Shown here piece after piece: positions 25,606-34,747 of a DNA stretch of 41,757 nt. The stretch comes from Candidatus Nomurabacteria bacterium (GTDB taxonomy: Bacteria > Patescibacteriota > Minisyncoccia > Phycocordibacterales > UBA10002). The translations under genes and the position numbers were made by a program. The stretch is from NCBI GenBank assembly GCA_943354745.1, contig CALRDB010000004.1:1-41757 (forward strand), read 5' to 3'. The notes under the pieces are model-generated. The model worked only from the letters and a program-made list of their open reading frames with translations. It was not told the origin of the DNA and did no database searches. Position 1 is the stretch's first letter; the number at the start of each line of letters is the position of its first letter.

Positions 25606-27402
25606 ATGGAAATTAGAAACATAGCCATCATCGCTCACGTCGACCACGGGAAGACCACTCTTACTGATGCTATTTTGAAGCAATCAGGTGTGAGTAAGGA
25701 AGGGGCCACCATGGACTCAAACGCACTCGAGCTTGAGCGTGGCATTACCATATATGCCAAAAATACTTCCATTCCATACAAGGATGGGAAGATAAACATT
25801 GTGGACACTCCAGGGCACGCAGACTTCGGTTCCGAAGTTGAGCGTGTACTCCGTTCCATCGACTGTGTGCTTCTTGTCGTGGACGCGCAAGAAGGCCCGA
25901 TGCCCCAGACGCGCTTTGTATTAAAGAAGTCCCTAGAGCTTGGTCTTAAGCCGATTGTCATCATTAATAAGATCGACAAGCCCGCCGCCGATCCAGATCG
26001 GACACACGAACAAGTGCTCGAGCTTTTCTTTGAACTTGGAGCGAATGAGGCTCAGGCCAACTTTCCGGTTGTGTACGCTATCGGCAGACAAGGTATTGCT
26101 AAGAAAAATCTAACCGATGATTCAAAAGATCTCACGCCACTCCTCGAAACAATTTGCGAGCATGTTCCGAGTGTAGACACTCCCGAGCTCATTGCAAAAC
26201 CGCTTCGGATGCAGCCGTTTAATTTGGCATACGACAACTTTCTTGGCCGTATGGCGGTTGCGCGTGTCTATGAGGGTGTCGCAAAGCCTGGTATGAACGT
26301 TTTTATACGGAACGCAAAGGGCGAGACTCGCACCGGCAAGATTTTGAAACTGTTTACCTGGAAGGGGATGGAGAAAATTGAAGCTCTTGAGGTGCAGTCG
26401 GGCGACATTACGCTTATTGCAGGACTTACCGATATTGAAATTGGCGAAACTATTTCTTCCGACGAGAACGCGACCGCGCTTCCGCTTATCGCCATTGATG
26501 AGCCAACTATTGAACTTCAGTTTCTTATCAACACCTCACCGTTCGGCGGACAGGACGGAAAATTCGTCACTTCGCGCCAAATCCGTGAGTATCTTGAACG
26601 TGAATTGGAAGTGAACGTGGGACTTAAGGTGGATTTCTCGTCAAATGAATATTTTAAGGTGCTTGGCCGAGGAGAGCTTCATGTCGCTATTTTGCTTGAA
26701 AATATGCGGCGCGCCGGCTATGAGATTCAGGTATCTCAACCTCAGGTCATCATCCGTAACGAAAACGGAGTGAAGCAGGAGCCATTTGAAGAAGTTACCA
26801 TAGATACGCCAGCGGAATATCAAGGTGTTATTATTGATAAATTAGGTCGTCGGGCATTCCAAATAACAGACATCAAAGAGCACGCCGGCAGTATTCGTCT
26901 TACCCTTGAAGGCCCAACTCGCGGAATTCTCGGCTATCGCAATCAGTTTGTGATTGATACGAGAGGCGAAGGCATCATGTCTTCACGTGTTGTCGGCTTC
27001 AAGCCGTACGCAGGCGATATTCAAAAGCGTGTCGTCGGCTCTATGATTTCTATGGCGACAGGAAAGGCTCTTGGTTACGCGCTTTGGGGCTTCCAGGAGC
27101 GTGGCGTCCTTTATATCGGTCCCAGTACGCCTGTCTATGAAGGCATGGTTATCGGCAATACATCAAAGGGAGAACAAATGGAAGTGAATCCGACGAAAGG
27201 GAAACAACTAACTAACGTTCGGGCGTCGGGAACTGATGAAGCAATTGACCTCGTGCCCCCGTATGAGATTACGATTGAACGCGGGCTTGAAGTTATGGCA
27301 GAAGATGAGTATTTGGAAATTACACCGAAAAATGTTCGTTTGCGAAAACAATTTTTGACCGATATTGACCGCGCCAGAGCGAAGCGAAAGGACGTGAAGT
27401 AA
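25606..27402 (+). CDS. typA: Translational GTPase TypA/BipA
   Basis: AHVDHGKTT, ERGITI, DTPGHADFG, NKID, GRGELH, KQLTNVRASG, EITPKNVRLRK. Confidence 0.97.
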   Translation: MEIRNIAIIAHVDHGKTTLTDAILKQSGVSKEGATMDSNALELERGITIYAKNTSIPYKDGKINIVDTPGHADFGSEVERVLRSIDCVLLVVDAQEGPMPQTRFVLKKSLELGLKPIVIINKIDKPAADPDRTHEQVLELFFELGANEAQANFPVVYAIGRQGIAKKNLTDDSKDLTPLLETICEHVPSVDTPELIAKPLRMQPFNLAYDNFLGRMAVARVYEGVAKPGMNVFIRNAKGETRTGKILKLFTWKGMEKIEALEVQSGDITLIAGLTDIEIGETISSDENATALPLIAIDEPTIELQFLINTSPFGGQDGKFVTSRQIREYLERELEVNVGLKVDFSSNEYFKVLGRGELHVAILLENMRRAGYEIQVSQPQVIIRNENGVKQEPFEEVTIDTPAEYQGVIIDKLGRRAFQITDIKEHAGSIRLTLEGPTRGILGYRNQFVIDTRGEGIMSSRVVGFKPYAGDIQKRVVGSMISMATGKALGYALWGFQERGVLYIGPSTPVYEGMVIGNTSKGEQMEVNPTKGKQLTNVRASGTDEAIDLVPPYEITIERGLEVMAEDEYLEITPKNVRLRKQFLTDIDRARAKRKDVK

Positions 27403-27432
27403 CAAGTAGAACGTAAAAAAGAAAGAAGATAT

Positions 27433-27459
27433 GAAAAACCGCCCAAAAGGCGGTTTTTC
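27433..27459 (+). terminator. Intrinsic terminator
   Basis: GAAAAACCGCC-caaaa-GGCGGTTTTTC. Confidence 0.85.
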
Positions 27460-27510
27460 CATACAGACACGTACTTGTACTGAAAATTAAATGTAGTGTA
27501 CTATACGACA

Positions 27511-30500
27511 ATGGAAGAAACTCCGAGAGAGATTTTACCTTTGCAGAATGTAGCGGAAACGCCGTCTTCTTTTACCTACAACTGGAAAGCAGGTGTTGGT
27601 GTGCTTCTTGCACTTGGAATTATAGCGGTTTTGGTCTTTTCACTGTCTGGCGCAGGACGAGGTACTCCACGTGGAGTAGCTGAAGAAACCTACACACTGG
27701 TCCGCGATAAGATTTCAAAGAGTGCAGCCATCGTACTCGCGTTGCCAAAAGGCACCACAATAACACCAGTAGAGGCTGCAGAGAAAGTGAAGTTTGAACC
27801 GGCTGTTGATGGGAAATGGGCTGTGGGAGGAAACGCTCAGGAACTCTTTTTTGAGCCAAGTAAAAAACTAACAGAGGGGAACTACTATACTGTTTCGCTT
27901 CAAACAGCCGATGGAGTTCTTTCCAAGGATTTTCTGGTAGACGATGATCCTAAAATTCTTGCCATATTTCCCCGAGCGAAATCCGAAGCTCCCGAGAATA
28001 GTGAAATCACTATCGTCTTTAGCCGACCGATGGTTCCTCTTACGACACTTGACGCGTTGGATGAACGCGATATCCCGGTTGAGATAACTCCTCTCACAAA
28101 GGGAAAGTTTAAGTGGATTAGCACGCGTAATCTGCAATTCATTCCTGAAACGCATCTTGTCCGCTCTGCCACATACACCGTTACCGTTAAAGACGGTCTT
28201 ACGTCTGTTGACGGGCTACCGGTAAAGGGGATCACCCACACCTTTACGACGAGACCACTCCGGTATACCGATCAGATTCCCGGCGTCGACATGACCGTAT
28301 CTTCGTTTCAGGAAAAACTGAATACGATTATGAATGTTGACTCGTTGCCTCCACCGTTGTCCGACGCAGGACCCGCTTTCCCGGTTACATCTCAACAACT
28401 GTTATATAATCAGCCTTTTACCATCAGCTTTAATCAACCGGTTGATATCGAGCGAACGAAAGGTCAGATTTCAGTTAAGCAAAACGGCAAAAACATTCCA
28501 CTTATCTTCGAGTACGGGAAACGAGCTCTGTATAACGAGGGAAGTAGGAGCGAGAAAGAATATATTGATAAATCGGTTATTTCAATATCTAACGCCTTAG
28601 ATCGGAACGGGCGCGCTCGCTTTTGGGATTTTAACACCTCGTACACCGTCGCAATTCAAAAGGCGTACCCGACCGATGGCGACATTGTTCTTACTGCTGG
28701 CAGATCTTTTGCATTCAATGTTTCTGAGGTAATTAGCGGGATAACCGCGGAGTCCGACCGATCTTCACATGTTACACCGGAGATGTTTGATCCTAAAGGT
28801 ATGTTGATAGTGCGTTTCTATGAAGAAATAAACAAAGACGCCAGTAGTTTTTCGGCACCGCACGTAAAGGCGATCAAGTACCAAGAAAAATGTAAATTGG
28901 ATGATATTGGGAATCAAATATACGTAGATGGGAAATGTGTAGTGGAGCCTGACAGGACGAGTATCTCGATTACTTTTGATTCTGACGCGTTTGTGAACGG
29001 GCAAGCATTTGATCTAACGATCAAGAAAGTCGTGAACAGTGCCGGAATGTCACTTCTCCCTCAGCCAGTAAACTATCCGGTAGTTATTTTTCCAAAACTC
29101 TCGATACGAAAGACGTCTCCCGAAAACGGCACAACAGGAGCAGTCCTGACAAATCTTGTTCTTTGTTCAAACACCCCGATTAAAATGCCGGAGGAAAAAG
29201 ATTTCTATGACAAAGTGAAATCAGTGCTCACTATTGGTAAATGGAATTGGAACGAGTCGTATCGTGTCGACGGCTCAAGCACAACAGGTCCATGTGTGAC
29301 AGGCGAATTTTTGACAACCATTCGTTACGGTCTTATTCCGGAGAGCGCTTACACGCTAAATCTTTCGCTTCAGGACGATTTCGGGCAGGAGGCAAAGAAG
29401 AGTTTGTCATTTTCGAGCGGGAAAATTGCGGAAATGTACCGTCGCATTACTCCGCTTCAGAAGGCATACAATGTGACGTCGCCTGAGCGTACTAAGCTCG
29501 TTTTCGGTATTGAAAATCTTGAGTACGTCAACGTACATATCTGTGAAACGGATGCGCTTACCATGATGAAATACCTCGATCGGGAGAGTGCGCCCAAAGT
29601 CATGCTGGCAGGCGAACAATTGTCGTGTATAAAGGGGTGGACAAAACGAGTTGAGCTTCCCAAGCGGTATTGGACAGTGAACTTTTTTGAATTTAATCTT
29701 GCAGACTACGTACCGAATCCGCTCGGACATTATGTCGTCTCGCTTAGTCATCCCGAATATCGCCAGGCCATTTACGATTATCGAACCGGGAAGAATACAC
29801 CCGGTGTGCTTGTGTATGAACATTCACTTCTTACGGTTACACGATTGGCTGTACAGGAGAAAAAAGTTGAAAGTGACGAGTTTATGCCAGATGTATATCC
29901 GCCACTTACTACAAAAGTTCAACTCGCGAGCAAAGGAAATCTGTATTGGGTAACAGAGTTTGGAACTCTTGCGCCGGTGGTAGGTGCCGATGTTACTGTG
30001 TACCAAAAGGGAGGTATATGGGCATCAGGAGGTAAAACCGACGCGGAAGGTATTGCTCGGACTCCTGTCGCGCACACGGCCACTGCGGCAATCGTGACGG
30101 CAGGCAAAGACAGCGCTATTGTCACGGGCGAAACGGATAAGTTCCAGTGGGCACAGTCACTCGCGTCGGCTCAAAAAACGTATATATACAGCGATCGGCC
30201 TATCTATCGACCGACGGAAGACGTATTCATAAAAGGGCTTTACCGAATTGGATACGACGGTACCTATGAAATTGTTCGAGATCGAAAAGCAGACATCGTT
30301 GTCTACGATAGTCGTGGCGAGAAAGTAACTGAAGGCGAAGCAGATATTTCTGAAAGCGGGACGTTTACGTTTAAACTTACGCTTGGCAAAACAGCTCCCC
30401 TCGGTATGTATCGAGTTGAAGCTCTCGGTGGATACGGTTATTTTGAGGTTCAAGAGTACGTTCCGTCCGCATTCAAAGTAGACGTCACTAGTAGCAAAGA

Positions 30501-33500
30501 AGAGTACATCGCCGGAGAAACCATGAACCTTGGTATTGATGGCGCGTACTATTTCGGCGTCCCGCTTGAAAAAGGAGACACCGTGGAGTACTCGATGCTT
30601 GCACAGGACTACTATTTTGACCGCTACAGTGATGGGTGGTTTGAATTCGGTAAGGGTTGGTATTATGGCGGCGGTGGAGGCTACTACGATCGGTTTTTGC
30701 TGCGCGGAAAAACAGTTCTCAACGAGAAAGGAAAAGCGACCATAACCCAATCACTTGATTTTAAGAAATTCTTTCCAGAGACTGAGCAGGATGAAGGAAG
30801 CGCCGACCGAAGCAAAATCTTTACCGTCAACATCACCGTAAAAAATAAACAAGGACAGAGTGTCTCCTCACGTAAATCACTTATTGTGCACAAAGGAGCG
30901 ATCTATCTTGGTACAAATCTTGAACGACGATATTTCGGCGCCGGTGAACAAAATAAGATTCTATTAAAATCAGTTGATACTACTGGCAAGGGAGTGGGGG
31001 CGAGTGGTATTACAGCGACCATCTCTAGAGTGACGTGGGAATCGTACAAGCGACAGGAAGTTGATGGCCGTTTCTACTATCAGTCGACTCAAAAAAAGGA
31101 GCCGGTGAAAACAATTCGCATGAGCACGAATTCGTCCGGGGACGGGACTGAAGCGTTTTCTCTCGACACAGCCGGTCAATATGAGCTGGAAGTGAAAGGG
31201 GAAGACCGTGCAGGCAACAGAGTGGTTTCCTTACTTGATTTTTACGTATACGGAGCTGGAGTTGTTTCAGTCAAACCGACAAACAACGAAACCTTGGAAC
31301 TCGCGGTAGACAAAAATAAGCTCAAAGTGGGTGATGTGGCGAACGTGGTTATCAAATCTCCCTTTGAGAAAGGGAAAGCGCTGGTAACAATTGAACGCGG
31401 TAGAATATTCGAATATCAAATCGTCGATGTTAACCAAAGTCTCATAAACATCGGTATACCGATAAAGGAGGAGTATCTTCCTAATGTTTATTTTTCTGTG
31501 GTGTTACTTTCACCTCGACCTGAGATTAAGTACGGGCAAGTGCAATTTTTAATCAGTTCGGCGGAGAAGGAACTTTTTATCTCGGTGCATTCCGATAAGA
31601 AGAACTATCTCCCCGGCGAGAAGGTACGTCTTTCGATAGAAGCGAAGGATTCAAGTGGAAAACCCTCGCAGTCTGAAGTATCGGTCGCGGTCGCTGACAT
31701 GAGCGTGCTCGCACTTAAAGGAAATCCGAAAAAAGATCCAGTTTCATTCTTTTATGCTGGATTTCCATTGGGTGTCGCAACTGCATCAAATATTAAAAAT
31801 ATTTTGTATGAGGCGGAAGTGCCGAAGGGTACCAAAGGTGGTGGCGGAGGAGAAGATCTGGCAAAAAAGAAACGCGGAGACTTTCGTAGCACCGCGCTTT
31901 GGCAGGGAGTGGTTCAAACTGACTTGGATGGAAAAGCAGAGGTGGCGTTTACACTTCCTGATAATTTAACCACTTGGCAAAGTGAAGTCGTTGGTATTAC
32001 GAAGGATACAAAAGTCGGTGTTGGCTATTCCGAGCTTGTTGCTCGAAAGGAGGTAATGGTAACACCGCTTAAACCTCGCTTTATCGTCCCCGGAGATACC
32101 TTTAAGCTTGGCGCGAAAGTATTTAATCAATCCGATCAACTCATCCGTTTCAACATTAAGCTAGAAAGCGCAACACTTATCCTTCCTAGCGTGAAGAATG
32201 CGTTTGAAAAAATCAATCCCGGAGAATCGGTCGCAGTGTATTTCGACGCCAAAGCTCCCGAAACCACGGAAAAGGGAAGTCACCTCTTCACTATATCTGC
32301 GGAAGGGGGCGACCTCTTGGATAGCGTTGAAGACAAAATAGCCATAACAAAAAATGATACGTACGAATCGGTCGCAACCTCGTTTTCGACTTCCAAAGAA
32401 AAGGCTAAAGAATATGTATTCTTGCCGGCGAATGTTGTTCCTGATAAAGGAACACTGACCATTACCGCTAACTCGACACTCGCGCTCTATCTTACCGACG
32501 CGCTGAACTATCTTATTTCGTTCCCATACGGGTGTTCTGAGCAAATCGCTAGTAAACTTTCGGCAATTGCTGTTATAAAACGCTCCTACGTTGCGAAAAA
32601 TGATCTCGCTACGTTTGAAAAGATGCGCGTCGAACTCGACGGGCAAAGCTATTCTCCCGACGATCTTATCAATATCGGACTTTCCCGAATCTATTCGAAC
32701 CAGACGCCTGAAGGAGGATTCACGTATTACCAAGGAACTCCTTCAAACTATTACCTTACCGTGCATGTGCTAAACACACTTCTTGACCTCCAAAAAGCAG
32801 GTTATGCCGTGAAATCTGAGGTTCGCCAGCTCGCGGCACGGTTTATCGCAAACGGCGCGCTTTACGACGATGTCTACCGCAAAGATCAGGATCTTGTAGT
32901 GCTCGCTGCGTACGCGCTAGAGCGCTCGAGTGATGTTTCTGGAGTCGTTAATCCTCTCTACCGCAAGGTAGTGGAGATTGCGAACACGAAGAAATTTGTT
33001 CGAGAAACGGGCTCGAATCTTTCGCTTAGCTATCTCGCCCTTCTTCTTTCCTCCGGAAATTATTCAATAGCACTTCGCGATGAGGTACTTTCCGCGCTCG
33101 AAAATCGCTTGACGATTGATAGTCGCGGAGCGTTTTTGAAAACCGGAGACCGGAACGTTCTCTATGGTTACTACGAAACACCGATCAAAGACACGGCTAT
33201 GCTTCTTCGTGTGTGGTCTAGTGCCAAGAAGGACCATGAATTAACCGATAAAGTACTGCGCTGGTTGCAAAAAAGTCGATCAAAGGATGGTTCCTGGGGA
33301 TCAACAAATAACACACTTTCCGCGGTTGAGGCATTAACCGACTATATGGAGTGGAAGAAGGAAGCGGATTCAAAATTTGAGCTTTCGATTTTGCTCGATG
33401 GGGTAGAGAAGAGTAAATTCGCTTTTAACAAAGGGGTAAAAGCACCAACAACTTCGTTGGTTATTCCTATTGCCGACCTCGAGAAGGCAAAAATGCATAC

Positions 33501-34152
33501 GATAGACTTTGTTAAGAAGAACCTTAACGCGCTTGCCAATACTTTCTACTATGACCTTTCCCTTACCTATTTCCTGCCAATAAACTCGGTGCCGGCACGA
33601 GATGAGGGATTTGTTGTTGAACGAAATTTATACGCACTTTCGGATGAGAAAATGGAGCGTCCGCTGAGTGAAGCAAAGGTTGGAGAGGTACTGAAAGGAG
33701 TGCTTCGCATTATGGTCCCAAAGGAACGTCGGTTCGTTGCAGTTGAAGACTTTATTCCCGCAGGCATGGAGCTCGTGAATTTTAAACTTGATACGGAAGA
33801 TCAATCACTTCAGAATGCAGAGTCCCAGTACAAGGTAACGGGGACTATGAGCGGAGGTGGAGGGAAACTTGTGGCTGTGTTTGGAATGGGAGGAGCGGAG
33901 GACCTACCTGATGAGGCCTATAATGAAGTTGTCGCTACTCGTCAGAGATTGTATGCCGATTTTGAAGAAAGTCATGACGATCGTCTGTTCCTGTTTAAGG
34001 AAAATCTCTCTGCTGGGGTTTATGAGTATACCTACTTTATTCGCGCACTTGTTCCTGGCCTCTTCCACCATCTTCCCGCCGTCGCAAGCGAACTCTATTT
34101 CCCCGAAAACTTCGGCCGCACAAAAGGTGAATACTTTACCGTTACGCAGTAA
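27511..34152 (+). CDS. Bacterial alpha-2-macroglobulin with Ig-like N-terminal domains and intact thioester motif
   Basis: N-terminal TM, FSRPMV Ig-like domain, SDRPIYRP (MG2), LPDNLTTW, PRF..PGD, PYGCSEQ, GSWGST, VEDFIPAG, ELYFPE; ATG 27511 lies 6 nt after TACTAT. Confidence 0.95.
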   Translation: MEETPREILPLQNVAETPSSFTYNWKAGVGVLLALGIIAVLVFSLSGAGRGTPRGVAEETYTLVRDKISKSAAIVLALPKGTTITPVEAAEKVKFEPAVDGKWAVGGNAQELFFEPSKKLTEGNYYTVSLQTADGVLSKDFLVDDDPKILAIFPRAKSEAPENSEITIVFSRPMVPLTTLDALDERDIPVEITPLTKGKFKWISTRNLQFIPETHLVRSATYTVTVKDGLTSVDGLPVKGITHTFTTRPLRYTDQIPGVDMTVSSFQEKLNTIMNVDSLPPPLSDAGPAFPVTSQQLLYNQPFTISFNQPVDIERTKGQISVKQNGKNIPLIFEYGKRALYNEGSRSEKEYIDKSVISISNALDRNGRARFWDFNTSYTVAIQKAYPTDGDIVLTAGRSFAFNVSEVISGITAESDRSSHVTPEMFDPKGMLIVRFYEEINKDASSFSAPHVKAIKYQEKCKLDDIGNQIYVDGKCVVEPDRTSISITFDSDAFVNGQAFDLTIKKVVNSAGMSLLPQPVNYPVVIFPKLSIRKTSPENGTTGAVLTNLVLCSNTPIKMPEEKDFYDKVKSVLTIGKWNWNESYRVDGSSTTGPCVTGEFLTTIRYGLIPESAYTLNLSLQDDFGQEAKKSLSFSSGKIAEMYRRITPLQKAYNVTSPERTKLVFGIENLEYVNVHICETDALTMMKYLDRESAPKVMLAGEQLSCIKGWTKRVELPKRYWTVNFFEFNLADYVPNPLGHYVVSLSHPEYRQAIYDYRTGKNTPGVLVYEHSLLTVTRLAVQEKKVESDEFMPDVYPPLTTKVQLASKGNLYWVTEFGTLAPVVGADVTVYQKGGIWASGGKTDAEGIARTPVAHTATAAIVTAGKDSAIVTGETDKFQWAQSLASAQKTYIYSDRPIYRPTEDVFIKGLYRIGYDGTYEIVRDRKADIVVYDSRGEKVTEGEADISESGTFTFKLTLGKTAPLGMYRVEALGGYGYFEVQEYVPSAFKVDVTSSKEEYIAGETMNLGIDGAYYFGVPLEKGDTVEYSMLAQDYYFDRYSDGWFEFGKGWYYGGGGGYYDRFLLRGKTVLNEKGKATITQSLDFKKFFPETEQDEGSADRSKIFTVNITVKNKQGQSVSSRKSLIVHKGAIYLGTNLERRYFGAGEQNKILLKSVDTTGKGVGASGITATISRVTWESYKRQEVDGRFYYQSTQKKEPVKTIRMSTNSSGDGTEAFSLDTAGQYELEVKGEDRAGNRVVSLLDFYVYGAGVVSVKPTNNETLELAVDKNKLKVGDVANVVIKSPFEKGKALVTIERGRIFEYQIVDVNQSLINIGIPIKEEYLPNVYFSVVLLSPRPEIKYGQVQFLISSAEKELFISVHSDKKNYLPGEKVRLSIEAKDSSGKPSQSEVSVAVADMSVLALKGNPKKDPVSFFYAGFPLGVATASNIKNILYEAEVPKGTKGGGGGEDLAKKKRGDFRSTALWQGVVQTDLDGKAEVAFTLPDNLTTWQSEVVGITKDTKVGVGYSELVARKEVMVTPLKPRFIVPGDTFKLGAKVFNQSDQLIRFNIKLESATLILPSVKNAFEKINPGESVAVYFDAKAPETTEKGSHLFTISAEGGDLLDSVEDKIAITKNDTYESVATSFSTSKEKAKEYVFLPANVVPDKGTLTITANSTLALYLTDALNYLISFPYGCSEQIASKLSAIAVIKRSYVAKNDLATFEKMRVELDGQSYSPDDLINIGLSRIYSNQTPEGGFTYYQGTPSNYYLTVHVLNTLLDLQKAGYAVKSEVRQLAARFIANGALYDDVYRKDQDLVVLAAYALERSSDVSGVVNPLYRKVVEIANTKKFVRETGSNLSLSYLALLLSSGNYSIALRDEVLSALENRLTIDSRGAFLKTGDRNVLYGYYETPIKDTAMLLRVWSSAKKDHELTDKVLRWLQKSRSKDGSWGSTNNTLSAVEALTDYMEWKKEADSKFELSILLDGVEKSKFAFNKGVKAPTTSLVIPIADLEKAKMHTIDFVKKNLNALANTFYYDLSLTYFLPINSVPARDEGFVVERNLYALSDEKMERPLSEAKVGEVLKGVLRIMVPKERRFVAVEDFIPAGMELVNFKLDTEDQSLQNAESQYKVTGTMSGGGGKLVAVFGMGGAEDLPDEAYNEVVATRQRLYADFEESHDDRLFLFKENLSAGVYEYTYFIRALVPGLFHHLPAVASELYFPENFGRTKGEYFTVTQ

Positions 34153-34197
34153 AACAGCATAGCTCTCTGCATCGATCCGACCTTCTTCACATCTGAA

Positions 34198-34219
34198 ATC
34201 CTTTCATACTTTAAAGTAT
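34198..34219. repeat. Upstream copy of YerC/TrpR-flanking repeat (operator-like)
   Basis: ATCCTTTCATACTTTAAAGTAT, identical to 34702-34723; core palindrome ATACTTTAAAGTAT. Confidence 0.92.
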
Positions 34220-34230
34220 AGAAGTAATGC

Positions 34231-34695
34231 ATGCCGAGATCTAAGCCACAACAGCTTGAAACTAAGGAAAGGTATACACTCCTGAATGAGTTTTGGACAA
34301 CTATCGCCTTGCTTGAAAATGTTGATGAGATAAAGAATTTCTTTAAGGACCTACTTAGTGAAACTGAGGCTCTTATGCTTGCTCGAAGATTTAGGATAGC
34401 TCAGCTTATTTATGCAGGATGGAGTTATGAGAAAATTGAAAAATCCCTGCATACCTCCACTGCGACAATCGCCACTGTGCACTCGTGGCTTGATGGCGGT
34501 TTCGGAGGATATATAGGAGGAATGGCTCGGTTAAAAGTCGAGTTAAAGCGGCAAGAGTCAATCCAGACCAAAAAAAAGCAGGCCACAGATCCGTCATCTT
34601 TTGAATATTTAAAGAAAAAATACCCATTGCATTTCCTGTTGTTTAATATAGCTGATGATGTTAAATACCGCCTTCCCAAACGATTACGAAAGTAA
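34231..34695 (+). CDS. YerC/YecD (TrpR-like) HTH protein with C-terminal extension
   Basis: FFKDLLSETEALMLARRFRIAQLI..GWSYEKI....STATIATVHSWL..GFGGY. Confidence 0.9.
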   Translation: MPRSKPQQLETKERYTLLNEFWTTIALLENVDEIKNFFKDLLSETEALMLARRFRIAQLIYAGWSYEKIEKSLHTSTATIATVHSWLDGGFGGYIGGMARLKVELKRQESIQTKKKQATDPSSFEYLKKKYPLHFLLFNIADDVKYRLPKRLRK

Positions 34696-34737
34696 TTGTA
34701 TATCCTTTCATACTTTAAAGTATGAAAGGATATACAA
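34696..34737. repeat. 42-bp perfect loopless palindrome starting at the base after the stop codon
   Basis: TTGTATATCCTTTCATACTTT|AAAGTATGAAAGGATATACAA (21-bp arms). Confidence 0.95.
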
Positions 34738-34747
34738 AAGGGAGGTG

